Virus record (IMG/VR): IMGVR_UViG_3300033148_006706
Location: 75,905-139,904 of that record
Length of the DNA: 64,000 bases
Direction: 5' to 3' (one strand)
DNA from: a virus
Below the pieces are notes generated by a model that saw nothing but the letters and a program-made list of their open reading frames with translations, did not search any database and was not told the DNA's origin. Each line of letters begins with the position of its first letter. Positions within the stretch are counted from its first letter, which is position 1. Of the stretch, positions 28,650 to 36,630 are shown one piece after another. The position numbers were made by a program, and so were the translations under genes.

Positions 28650-28871
28650 TCATGAAATACCCCCTATTATCGAGGGATATTCCCCTTCTATATATGTATT
28701 TGTCAAAGTAGAATTATCAGAAAACTGTTGCCTTACTCCGACAAACAATTTGCCTTTTGGAGTTTTACCTCTAAAGGTTATTTCAATAACTTCTTTCATT
28801 TGGCCAAAACAATTGGGAAGTATATCCCCAATTGTTATATTTTCAATGTCTTCTTTAGAAAACCTTTTCAT
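28650..28871 (-). CDS. Small hypothetical protein
   Basis: AGGAGG RBS. Confidence 0.6.
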   Translation of the reverse strand: MKRFSKEDIENITIGDILPNCFGQMKEVIEITFRGKTPKGKLFVGVRQQFSDNSTLTNTYIEGEYPSIIGGIS

Positions 28872-28892
28872 ATTATCCTCCTTGTAATCAAT

Positions 28893-29462
28893 TTATTCTA
28901 ACAGTTTAATTTCTTTTTTAATTTCCTTCTCTAACAAAAGAGAAGTATCTTTAGTGTTTACTGTAGTTTGACGTCCTCCGGTAATTTCTGCAAGCTTTTT
29001 CATAAACTCTTCTCCTTTATCTCCACCAGGGCCAATATAAATAATATTGACTGGCGTTGCAAGTTTAAGCGCTTCTTCTATTGCTTGAGATTCAGAATCG
29101 GGTAAGCCATCGCTAATAACAATTATTGTTTGTCTTTTACTCCGCGGCAATGTCGTACATAAACGGAAAGCTTCTGCCATATTTGTTTCTCCTGCTGGAA
29201 ATGTTTCAATTCCTAGACAAGCGCTTTCTGAAAATGAAATATATGATGCCCTTGGATAGTCTTGAATTGCTTCCATTAAAGCATCAAACTTGGATTTACC
29301 CTTCACATATTCTGACATCGATCCAGAGCAATCAAGCAATAAAGTTAAACTTGATTGCGCTTCAATTCTTTTCTTTTCTTTTTTTATGTCAGCTAAACCT
29401 TTTTTTAAGCTATCTGACAATGATAGCATTGAATCTTTTTTAAAAACTAAAGCTTTTTTCAT
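28893..29462 (-). CDS. von Willebrand factor A domain protein
   Basis: MIDAS DCSGSM, T, ISDG. Confidence 0.85.
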   Translation of the reverse strand: MKKALVFKKDSMLSLSDSLKKGLADIKKEKKRIEAQSSLTLLLDCSGSMSEYVKGKSKFDALMEAIQDYPRASYISFSESACLGIETFPAGETNMAEAFRLCTTLPRSKRQTIIVISDGLPDSESQAIEEALKLATPVNIIYIGPGGDKGEEFMKKLAEITGGRQTTVNTKDTSLLLEKEIKKEIKLLE

Positions 29463-30073
29463 ATTTCTACCCTCTCTTCTATTTCATTTAATATTTTATT
29501 GCATAATACAAAGAGCCGATCAATACAAGCCTCTAATTCTCCCTCGCTGTCAGTACTCTCAGCTCTCGCTATTATGCTTGAAATTTTTTCAAATTGCCTC
29601 TCAGCTTTTTCAATAAATTCATCATCAATTAGGTCTTGAAAATAACAATGTTTAACAAGCGTGAGAAGATTAATAGGAATATATTCAATGTCTTTCTTTT
29701 TTATTGAGTATTTGGCTTTCGCTATTACAGCAGGCAATGGCCTAATTATTTCAAAGTTTTCATGCATAAAAACTCTATGAGTCCCCGTATGAGAAAGCCA
29801 TTTATTCTTTTTATCTACAATACAAAAGGCTGGAGGCGGCCTATCATTCCTTTTTTGAAGAGGATAAAATCTAAAAGATCTTCTTCCTCTTGAATTTAAA
29901 CTGCACACGATAAAGACCCTTCTGGTATAAAATTCCTTTAAATTTGGAGTCCATACCATCGGATCTGATTCATGATTCGGAACAATTTTAGTACATGCGG
30001 TTGCCACGAACTTAGACGGATTCTCTTTATCAAATGTAAACATGAAACCGTCTCCATTTTGCACTTTTCCCAC
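29459..30073 (-). CDS. Hypothetical protein
   Basis: 204-aa ORF coupled to the VWA gene; start uncertain. Confidence 0.55.
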   Translation of the reverse strand: MGKVQNGDGFMFTFDKENPSKFVATACTKIVPNHESDPMVWTPNLKEFYTRRVFIVCSLNSRGRRSFRFYPLQKRNDRPPPAFCIVDKKNKWLSHTGTHRVFMHENFEIIRPLPAVIAKAKYSIKKKDIEYIPINLLTLVKHCYFQDLIDDEFIEKAERQFEKISSIIARAESTDSEGELEACIDRLFVLCNKILNEIEERVEI

Positions 30074-30305
30074 GAGGCAGGCCTTTCTGTGGCCTCCAAA
30101 ATCCTTCTGCTCGTGCTAATCGATACATGTATCGATCAACTGCTCGAGCCAGATCAACTGATTTTTCAGTAACTTCACAACAAGCTAAACTTACTTGTTG
30201 CCTAAAATCTTGAGGCATTTCTTCTTCTAACCACCGCCATCGTCGATAAGCGATGGCAAGAGCATAGGGAAAATGTGGACGAGGGTCATTGTATATCTTC
30301 TTCAT
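30030..30305 (-). CDS. Hypothetical protein
   Basis: AGGAGG RBS. Confidence 0.55.
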   Translation of the reverse strand: MKKIYNDPRPHFPYALAIAYRRWRWLEEEMPQDFRQQVSLACCEVTEKSVDLARAVDRYMYRLARAEGFWRPQKGLPRGKSAKWRRFHVYI

Positions 30306-30342
30306 TTTATTTTCCTCCTTAACATCATTTAATTTTTAGGAA

Positions 30343-30648
30343 TTAAATTCCAGATAGCTTTCTTTTTATTTTCAAATGCGATTCATACAGACAGCGAATC
30401 TTTCCTTGATTGTCAATTCTAAGCAAAGCTTCACCAAGCGTATTTTCAGTACCAAAAGTCTCTCTTATTCCATTACATTCTTTGTAAATTCTCCAGAAGA
30501 ATTTGGTTTTATAACCATCCCAGTTACCTGATCGGGAAATGATTCTAGATTCTTTAATGATTTCATATCCACGGAAGTACCATTTCCCGTTTTTTCTTTT
30601 AGCTTCTTTTTTTAATTCCTTGATTTTAGTCTTATCATTGTCATTCAT
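30343..30648 (-). CDS. Hypothetical early protein
   Basis: AAGGAG RBS; downstream of repeat copy A. Confidence 0.6.
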   Translation of the reverse strand: MNDNDKTKIKELKKEAKRKNGKWYFRGYEIIKESRIISRSGNWDGYKTKFFWRIYKECNGIRETFGTENTLGEALLRIDNQGKIRCLYESHLKIKRKLSGI

Positions 30649-30696
30649 TTTTCTCTCCTTTACATTTTAAATTCATTAGTTATAATACTACATTCT

Positions 30697-30760
30697 GCTT
30701 ACAATGTAAATATATAACTGCACCTGGAAATTAAACTGGGGCTAGCCACCAGGATAGCTA
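30697..30760 (-). repeat. tRNA-like intergenic element, copy A (degenerate)
   Basis: AGCTAT-CCTGGTGGCTAG-degenerate T arm-...TTAC ATT GTAAGC. Confidence 0.7.
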
Positions 30761-30762
30761 TT

Positions 30763-31041
30763 CTATAAAATAACTACATCAGCATCGACGGGCTCATATA
30801 AAACCACATGCCCGCTGGCTTCTTCAATACTCTTGACAGAAGCTCCCGCCCAGCCAAACGGGCCTCCGACTCCGAAAGGGTCAATTTTAATAGCATTGAA
30901 AAAATCAACGCTATCCATGCCTTCCCAAACCTTGTTGTCATCAACAAAGAAAACTGCGTAAACATCTTCGCCCTTGTCGACGACTTGATCTTTTATTACT
31001 GTGTCATACTGCACAGTAAATTTCACTGCTACCTTTTTCAT
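30763..31041 (-). CDS. Hypothetical early protein (start revised to MKKVAV)
   Basis: AAGGAG RBS immediately after repeat copy B. Confidence 0.65.
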   Translation of the reverse strand: MKKVAVKFTVQYDTVIKDQVVDKGEDVYAVFFVDDNKVWEGMDSVDFFNAIKIDPFGVGGPFGWAGASVKSIEEASGHVVLYEPVDADVVIL

Positions 31042-31067
31042 TTTTTCTCTCCTTATCATAATATTCT

Positions 31068-31133
31068 GCTTACAACATAAGCATATAACCATGCCCAGGA
31101 ATTGAACCCGAGCCTTATACCACTAGAATGAAT
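31068..31133 (-). repeat. tRNA-like intergenic element, copy B
   Basis: TCTAGTGGTATAAG D-loop-like segment, GCTCGGG-TTCAATT-CCTGGGC T arm, GCTTAT-GTT-GTAAGC hairpin. Confidence 0.8.
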
Positions 31134-31147
31134 AATTGGAATTATAA

Positions 31148-31453
31148 TTATTTATGATAAAATCTTGCTTTTATTCTCCCACTCTTAGTTGTGTACAATT
31201 CAATAGCATTCTCCCACTCTACACTTGAAGGGGGGTCACCATAGATAACAACCTCTCTTCTTTCACTGTCATCTACCCACTTATAAAAAGTTTCCTCCTC
31301 TATCCAAGAGTGATCCGAAAATATTACTTTTGCGTAATCCCTAAATACTTGATAATCTATCTCTCCATCCGTATAGAAGCACATCGCTACATCTATACCC
31401 TGCTCATAAATAAGGTAATCGGGAAGGTCGCTTATCCTAATAATATCTCCCAT
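31148..31453 (-). CDS. Hypothetical acidic early protein
   Basis: AAGGAG RBS. Confidence 0.6.
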   Translation of the reverse strand: MGDIIRISDLPDYLIYEQGIDVAMCFYTDGEIDYQVFRDYAKVIFSDHSWIEEETFYKWVDDSERREVVIYGDPPSSVEWENAIELYTTKSGRIKARFYHK

Positions 31454-31501
31454 CCTTATCTCCTTTACGTTTTAGACCCGCCGGTCATAATATTATATTT
31501 C

Positions 31502-31546
31502 GCTTACAACGTAAGCTTACAATTGTACCCAGGAATTGAACCAGGG
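31502..31546 (-). repeat. tRNA-like intergenic element, copy C (5' truncated)
   Basis: CCCTGG-TTCAATT-CCTGGG then GCTTAC-GTT-GTAAGC. Confidence 0.75.
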
Positions 31547-31548
31547 AA

Positions 31549-32118
31549 TTATTCATAATAATTAAAAAGAACAGGCATTATAAAAGCCATATACCGGAAT
31601 TTATTATACTGCTGCGATGATACAAGAATCAAAGGATTAAAAGGTTCCGCAGGTATTTGTACTTCCAGAAAATAACCGGAAGGAATATTCTTTAAATAGT
31701 CACGTAAATGATCGTATTCGATAGTCCAAGTTTCTTTTGTGTTCCAGTTTTTGGACATTTTAATGATTATGTCCGTGTATATGAGCGGTATCGAGCTAAC
31801 AGGATATTGAACTAAATATTGAGTTTGTAATTTATATTTCTGCATCACCCGCTTGTGATCTGGGAAATTAATATTATCAGATTGAATCAGATATTTATTT
31901 TTTAGATCAATATAATAAATTCCTTCGGGCAAAATTATATCCTCGTCTGTAGTTTCAACAATATACATTCTCTTAGTATCGGTACTTACAAGAGAATAAC
32001 CTGTTGAGAGGATATGACCGAAAAACGGCAACCGAGTGCCTTTCCCGGCAGCTACCTTCAAGTATTTTATCAGCGGTTTTAAATCTTGATGAATAAAAAT
32101 CTGATCTTTTTCTTTCAT
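31549..32118 (-). CDS. Half-size beta-sliding-clamp-like protein
   Basis: LVSTDTKRM, NFPDHKRVM and C-terminal FIMPV resemble DnaN domain II-III motifs. Confidence 0.55.
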   Translation of the reverse strand: MKEKDQIFIHQDLKPLIKYLKVAAGKGTRLPFFGHILSTGYSLVSTDTKRMYIVETTDEDIILPEGIYYIDLKNKYLIQSDNINFPDHKRVMQKYKLQTQYLVQYPVSSIPLIYTDIIIKMSKNWNTKETWTIEYDHLRDYLKNIPSGYFLEVQIPAEPFNPLILVSSQQYNKFRYMAFIMPVLFNYYE

Positions 32119-32139
32119 TTTGTTATCCTCCGTTTTATT

Positions 32140-32598
32140 CTATCTATCAAATTTAAAATAAACTCTCGGTTCAATCTCCCCAGGACGTCCAACGTCAAAC
32201 CCGATGGGCATGATCGGTTCTAATTCATAAGCTCCTAGAAAGCCCTCGAGAAGATTCTCTTGATCGATTTGATCAAGAGTAAGAAAGATTGCCTCTTCAG
32301 CTGGAGATAGGGAAGCGCCAACATTACCTAAGAACCAGAGTTGACCGAAATTGAGATTTTTAACCTCAACTTCAACTCTGTACCATGGGTCATCAGCAAG
32401 AATGATCCATTTTGGAAAACTCTGCCCCCGCAAGGCTTTCCTAAGATCATTTACAGATGGGAATTTATACTTCCCGTTTGTATTGATCGTTAGAGATAGA
32501 GAGCGAGGGGCTGGAGCTCCTTCTTTCTTTACTCCATCCCAAGAGAATCCAGGGCGGATTGAAAAAGAATATTTCATTTCTCTCATTTCTCCTTTCAT
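32140..32598 (-). CDS. Hypothetical early protein, paralog of 33212-33676 (true start probably 32577)
   Basis: IRPGFSWDG...QLWFLGNVGASL...DVGRPG shared with the paralog. Confidence 0.7.
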   Translation of the reverse strand: MKGEMREMKYSFSIRPGFSWDGVKKEGAPAPRSLSLTINTNGKYKFPSVNDLRKALRGQSFPKWIILADDPWYRVEVEVKNLNFGQLWFLGNVGASLSPAEEAIFLTLDQIDQENLLEGFLGAYELEPIMPIGFDVGRPGEIEPRVYFKFDR

Positions 32599-32611
32599 TA
32601 TAATATATTCT

Positions 32612-32674
32612 GCTTACAACGTAAGCTTACAGCCGTGCCCAGGAATCGAACCTGGGCTAACCACCAGGACGGCT
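32612..32674 (-). ncRNA. tRNA-like intergenic element, copy D (most perfect)
   Basis: AGCCGT/ACGGCT closing stem, CCTGGTGGTTA loop, GCCCAGG-TTCGATT-CCTGGGC T arm, then GCTTAC-GTT-GTAAGC. Confidence 0.7.
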
Positions 32675-32686
32675 AATTCCAATTTG

Positions 32687-32917
32687 TTAGTACTGCAATT
32701 TTTCCAAAAGCCACACATACCCATCCCATTCATAGCGAATAGGATGAACGATAAACCCGTCTTCTCTCGTATGGTTGCGAAGATATCTTTCTACAGCTCC
32801 AGGGCTTCTCTTTATAATTCTGTATGGATGATCTTCCTGCTGCTGCAGAAACCACATGAGATCAATGATCTCATCCTTCTTTCCGTTCTCCCAAATTTTT
32901 ACCACGTCATTTCTCAT
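32687..32917 (-). CDS. Small hypothetical protein
   Basis: GAGGTG RBS. Confidence 0.6.
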   Translation of the reverse strand: MRNDVVKIWENGKKDEIIDLMWFLQQQEDHPYRIIKRSPGAVERYLRNHTREDGFIVHPIRYEWDGYVWLLEKLQY

Positions 32918-32934
32918 TTCTTCACCTCTCCATT

Positions 32935-33111
32935 TTAATAATCTTCTCCAGGTTCTCTTCTTAGAACCTTTTGAAGTCTAATTTTATATGCTCGAGGACT
33001 TAGAACTTCTAAGTCCTCATAATTTTTGACGAAATCAAAGCACTTTTCCATATTCCCCTCAAAGAGGACATCTGCCCTTTTGAAGGAAACCACAACCCAC
33101 TTTTTCTCCAT
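32935..33111 (-). CDS. Small hypothetical protein, 58 aa (MEKKWVVVSF...), not in the ORF track
   Basis: AAGGAG RBS; follows hairpin copy E. Confidence 0.55.
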   Translation of the reverse strand: MEKKWVVVSFKRADVLFEGNMEKCFDFVKNYEDLEVLSPRAYKIRLQKVLRREPGEDY

Positions 33112-33141
33112 CTTTCTCTCCTTTCTTTTTCATAATCTTCT

Positions 33142-33159
33142 ACTTGCCATACGGCGAGC
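33142..33159 (-). repeat. Repeat copy E (downstream hairpin only)
   Basis: GCTCGCC-GTAT-GGCAAGT-AGAA, matching the hairpin of copy F. Confidence 0.65.
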
Positions 33160-33211
33160 TATATTCCTATAAATATATCACTTAGCGAACTTTTGGCCCC
33201 AGCTTCCCCCT

Positions 33212-33676
33212 CTAAAATTTTAGAAAAAGTGCAGGCTCGGGCCCACCGGGACGCCCCAAATCCAAGCTTACAGGTCGGATATGTATCCCACCGTGAATGT
33301 CCAAGAACTTGTCGAGAAGATTCATTCGGCTCCCATCATCGGATGTGACATATTCTTGGTTAGCCTGATTCATAACTGAGAGAATTTCTCTCTCGGCTAA
33401 ATTGAGAGTTGCTCCAACTTGGCCAAGAAAGAACAATTGATCAAATGTCATATCCCTGATATCACATTTGACTTCGATTCTCACATCTGGGCCATCATTA
33501 ACAATAGTCCAGATAAAGCCATGCCCGTCCAGGGCTTCCCTCATATCTCTTACTGACGAGAAACTCCGCTCTCCGTCAGTGAGAATTATTAAAGTCATTG
33601 AGTGCGGGTCTGGCACTCCATGCTTTTTTGCCCCATCCCAGAAGAATCTAGGGCGAATTCTAAAAGACCGCTTCAT
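33212..33676 (-). CDS. Hypothetical early protein, paralog of 32140-32598
   Basis: IRPRFFWDG...QLFFLGQVGATL...DLGRPG. Confidence 0.7.
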   Translation of the reverse strand: MKRSFRIRPRFFWDGAKKHGVPDPHSMTLIILTDGERSFSSVRDMREALDGHGFIWTIVNDGPDVRIEVKCDIRDMTFDQLFFLGQVGATLNLAEREILSVMNQANQEYVTSDDGSRMNLLDKFLDIHGGIHIRPVSLDLGRPGGPEPALFLKF

Positions 33677-33894
33677 TTTCTTCCTCCTTTAATAATATTA
33701 TTAGTCTCCTTTAACAGAGACTCTTCACTATAATGCCCCCCGCAATATAGACAATATAAGTAATCTCCATACCCATATATCTTTATATCAGATAAAGATA
33801 TGGGATCGCCAACATTAAGCGCTTCAATTGCACATTTAACATGATAGCGCAAAGGATTCGCTATCACTTCATTATACATAGTACTATTTTTCAT
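33673..33894 (-). CDS. Small zinc-finger-like protein, paralog of 34376-34600
   Basis: MYNE...PLRYHVKC...LYCLYCGG.YSEESL. Confidence 0.65.
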   Translation of the reverse strand: MKNSTMYNEVIANPLRYHVKCAIEALNVGDPISLSDIKIYGYGDYLYCLYCGGHYSEESLLKETNNIIKGGRK

Positions 33895-33920
33895 TTTCTT
33901 TCTCCATTTAATGATTTTCT

Positions 33921-33986
33921 ACTTGCCATACGGCAAGTTACAGCCGTGTCCGGGAATCGAACCCGGGCCTAACCACCAGGACGGCA
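33921..33986 (-). ncRNA. tRNA-like intergenic element, copy F
   Basis: GCCGT/ACGGC stem, CCTGGTGGTTAG, CCGGG-TTCGATT-CCCGG, then ACTTGCC-GTAT-GGCAAGT. Confidence 0.7.
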
Positions 33987-33992
33987 ATCCCT

Positions 33993-34220
33993 CTATTCCT
34001 CAAATTGCTCCCATCGGGAGCTATAAATATATGCTCCCGCGCAAGCGAGCATCTGCACGTGTTTATCACAAAACTCGCCGCCATCACCTTGACCCCACCA
34101 CACATGCCAGACGCCTTCAGCGTCTTCCGGATACTCGAGAATCCCTGCAGGGTTCTCTAGCCCGCAATACGGACAAGATTCAGCATCTCTTAAAATTTCG
34201 TCAATTGTCTTCTTCTTCAT
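33993..34220 (-). CDS. Small Cys-rich protein
   Basis: CPYC and CDKH; coupled to neighbours. Confidence 0.55.
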   Translation of the reverse strand: MKKKTIDEILRDAESCPYCGLENPAGILEYPEDAEGVWHVWWGQGDGGEFCDKHVQMLACAGAYIYSSRWEQFEE

Positions 34221-34383
34221 TTTCTTCTTCCTTTAGTCTGTCACAATAGACATTACCATTTTCATCTACTCCCGAGTTACATCCGCCACCAAATGGCGAA
34301 CATGACAACCCGGACGACTTCCAAGTGTAATCATAATACGGGCAATCATCACCCGACATAATTTGAGACGGTTCTTTATTCAT
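34201..34383 (-). CDS. Small Cys-rich acidic protein
   Basis: AGGAG RBS; overlaps neighbours. Confidence 0.5.
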   Translation of the reverse strand: MNKEPSQIMSGDDCPYYDYTWKSSGLSCSPFGGGCNSGVDENGNVYCDRLKEEENEEEDN

Positions 34384-34600
34384 TTTTCTCTCCTCTTATA
34401 ATTTCATTGCTTTCCTTCATTAATGACTCTTCACTATATTGTCCTCCACAATACGGACAATATAATGAACCACCATACTTATATATCTTTATATTAGATA
34501 AAGATATATAATCATCAATGTCAAATGCTTCGATTAAACATTTGACGTGATAGCGCAAAGGATGCGCTACCGCTTCATTGTACATAGCATTGTTTCTCAT
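34376..34600 (-). CDS. Small zinc-finger-like protein, paralog of 33673-33894
   Basis: PLRYHVKC...LYCPYCGG. Confidence 0.65.
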   Translation of the reverse strand: MRNNAMYNEAVAHPLRYHVKCLIEAFDIDDYISLSNIKIYKYGGSLYCPYCGGQYSEESLMKESNEIIRGEKNE

Positions 34601-34624
34601 TTTCTCTCTCCATATAAAATTTTA

Positions 34625-34822
34625 TTAGCTTGTCCGCCATCCACAATTAAGACAGCGAACAAGGGGATCATCCCCCTCCAATCCGGTTACCTGAAGCTCC
34701 TGCTCTCCGCATTTAGGGCAGGGCTCAATCGGATACCCGGAACTCATTCCAAGTACCCATTCCACACCAACAAGGTTAAAAACCTTGCCGGATATTTTAA
34801 TGGTTTTTTCTATTTTCTCCAT
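34625..34822 (-). CDS. Small zinc-ribbon protein
   Basis: CPKC...CLNC. Confidence 0.6.
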   Translation of the reverse strand: MEKIEKTIKISGKVFNLVGVEWVLGMSSGYPIEPCPKCGEQELQVTGLEGDDPLVRCLNCGWRTS

Positions 34823-35924
34823 TCTCTCCCTCCTCTAGCTTTTTTATAATTACTTCCATACTATCAGTCTGGAAGTAATTACTAAGACGGCTTAACATCA
34901 TGTCAACTGTGCCGTCTTCTTTATCTGGAAAAAGCTCAATGCTTTTTTCCAGTTTCCTTTGTTCTTTGAATAGGCTATTAACCCGTTCTCTTAGTTGCTC
35001 AATTTTAGCGCTGTATTTTTTTACTTTCCTTTCAGCGCTCTTTTGAGCAATTATTTTTTCATTGAGTATCCCCCTATATTTCTCAGTCACATCTTTTTCT
35101 CTTTCATAAGACGTAACTTCCTTTTCCCCCCAACAGCCGCCCCTCATACCATCGGGGGATTCCTCAATATAATGACTTTCAACTCTCTGAACAGGGTACA
35201 CCGTATATACCCGCTGTTCATCAAGGTCAATCTCAATAAGTTTAGAACTAAGAATTCCTTTTATTCCCTCTCCTTCGGATATTTTTCCACGTATCCGAGT
35301 TTCGAGCTCAATTCTCTCAGCTTGGCGCTTAGCTTCGCCGAGAGAAGATAGAGCCCCTTTCATTCTAGTAATCTTTTTTTGAATTTTTTTAATTTTGGGG
35401 AGTATCTCTTTTTTCAGGTGGGTGACTTTTTTAAATCGGGGCAGTAAAACTTTACGCCCCCAAGCCAGGGCTTCTTGGTGCCGTTTTCTTAAATCGGCTT
35501 CCCTGGCTTCTTTTTCAGCTATTTTATACAAGCGATAGGCTTCTCCCATCGCTTGCCATTCTTCTTTTTTTAAATATTTCTCAATTCCTGACTCCCAACT
35601 GCCATCTTCGTTCGGGTAGAAGACAGCAATCCTCTCCTCTCTATCGTCAGGGAAAACCTTAACGACAGAGACTCTGGGAGTCCATGTCCTCAGGCTGACT
35701 TTAGTGGGAACTTGCCAATCCCACTTTCTAATTTCAACCCGAGGCTCTGCTTTTCGGAGCGGTGTGGCGATAAAAAACCGCTCCTTTTCAACCAATCTAC
35801 ATTCCCACCACTCGCCAATGGTGGGCTGAAAACAAGAACGGCGATCTATCAAAATCACCTTCCCGTTTTCGTTTTTTCCAAAGAACGGCCCTTTCGAGCC
35901 GTTCTTTACTTGGAGGAGTTTCAT
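34797..35924 (-). CDS. Hypothetical coiled-coil protein with N-terminal OB/TRAM-like beta domain
   Basis: 375-aa ORF with heptad-rich segments; domain call is tentative. Confidence 0.6.
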   Translation of the reverse strand: MKLLQVKNGSKGPFFGKNENGKVILIDRRSCFQPTIGEWWECRLVEKERFFIATPLRKAEPRVEIRKWDWQVPTKVSLRTWTPRVSVVKVFPDDREERIAVFYPNEDGSWESGIEKYLKKEEWQAMGEAYRLYKIAEKEAREADLRKRHQEALAWGRKVLLPRFKKVTHLKKEILPKIKKIQKKITRMKGALSSLGEAKRQAERIELETRIRGKISEGEGIKGILSSKLIEIDLDEQRVYTVYPVQRVESHYIEESPDGMRGGCWGEKEVTSYEREKDVTEKYRGILNEKIIAQKSAERKVKKYSAKIEQLRERVNSLFKEQRKLEKSIELFPDKEDGTVDMMLSRLSNYFQTDSMEVIIKKLEEGENGENRKNH

Positions 35925-35932
35925 TTAAATAT

Positions 35933-36307
35933 TTAAATACAAAACTGATCTACGCAAACCAGCATTGATACTCGATCAGCTAGTTTGCATACCCTAGCCT
36001 TTCCCAACGGCCGACCGCTTGCCTTTATTGCGGTTAGCGTCGGGAAAGACACCAAAACGATATCGACGCTGCTGTCAGCCTCAAGCTCATCAAGAGCTTG
36101 AATGATAGCTGGAGGCAGCTCAAAAGCCATCTCCACATCGACCCAACCTCTAGAATTCTCGATCTTTTTCTCGATTTGCTTGACCGAGAATCTTCTTACA
36201 GTTTCACAGTCGACACGTGACAGCACCGTGCCATCTGTGAACTTGAAATCGTGCGGACTGGAGAAATTTACAACTCGCAGTCCATTCTTCAATTTTACTT
36301 TTGTCAT
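35933..36307 (-). CDS. First gene of the early cluster, hypothetical (start revised to MTKVK)
   Basis: AGGAGG RBS downstream of the structured leader. Confidence 0.65.
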   Translation of the reverse strand: MTKVKLKNGLRVVNFSSPHDFKFTDGTVLSRVDCETVRRFSVKQIEKKIENSRGWVDVEMAFELPPAIIQALDELEADSSVDIVLVSFPTLTAIKASGRPLGKARVCKLADRVSMLVCVDQFCI

Positions 36308-36340
36308 TTTTCCTCCTAATCTAATCATTTTTTCGTTTCC

Positions 36341-36480
36341 AGCCGCGTGGGATTCGAACCCACCCCGGCTAATGCCGGTTCCCGCATCGGAATTTCACCT
36401 TGCGGCCGATGCCCCTGTCTGCAGCCAGGCGTCCGGGACTTTTTTACGGTGGGACACTCACCGAAATTTCATTTTTAATT
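36341..36480 (-). ncRNA. GC-rich structured 5' leader ending in a canonical tRNA T arm (copy G)
   Basis: Hairpins CGGTG/CACCG, CCTG/CAGG, GCATCGG/CCGATGC and CCGGC/GCCGG, then GTGGG-TTCGAAT-CCCAC-GCGGCT. Confidence 0.6.
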
Positions 36481-36486
36481 AACTGC

Positions 36487-36515
36487 ATTATACCCCCCTT
36501 TGCAAAAAAAGTCAA
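36487..36515 (-). promoter_or_regulatory. Consensus sigma70 promoter for the early cluster
   Basis: TTGACT (36515-36510), 17-nt spacer, TATAAT (36492-36487), with an A/T-tract UP-like region upstream. Confidence 0.85.
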
Positions 36516-36630
36516 TAGTTTTTTCTAAAAAAATAAAAAAATTTTAATTTTTTTCTGGAAAAATAGTAAACACATGTTTACTACTCCTATATCTCTAAAA
36601 TCTCTAATTCTCCTGTCAAATTTAAGATTG

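Noticed and set aside
32351-32938. Antisense or nested ORFs in the track (e.g. 32351-32938+, 36102-36482+, 42480-42899+, 44348-44686+, 8835-9146+)
   Set aside because: They are shadows of well-supported opposite-strand genes, with no RBS or motifs.
30681-33938. Repeat hairpin plus TATAAT/TATGAT as a sigma70 promoter in every copy
   Set aside because: -35/-10 spacing is inconsistent between copies and the -10-like hexamer often abuts the RBS; not excluded, but unsupported.
30697-33986. CRISPR array or integron attC cassette array
   Set aside because: The spacers are whole genes of variable length, the repeats are divergent, and there is no cas gene, integrase or attC R-box pattern in the window.
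30697-36480. Bona fide tRNA genes at the GGTTCGA(T/A)TCC motifs
   Set aside because: There is no anticodon arm or full D stem and no CCA; the elements are ~45 nt, so they are reported as tRNA-like elements instead.
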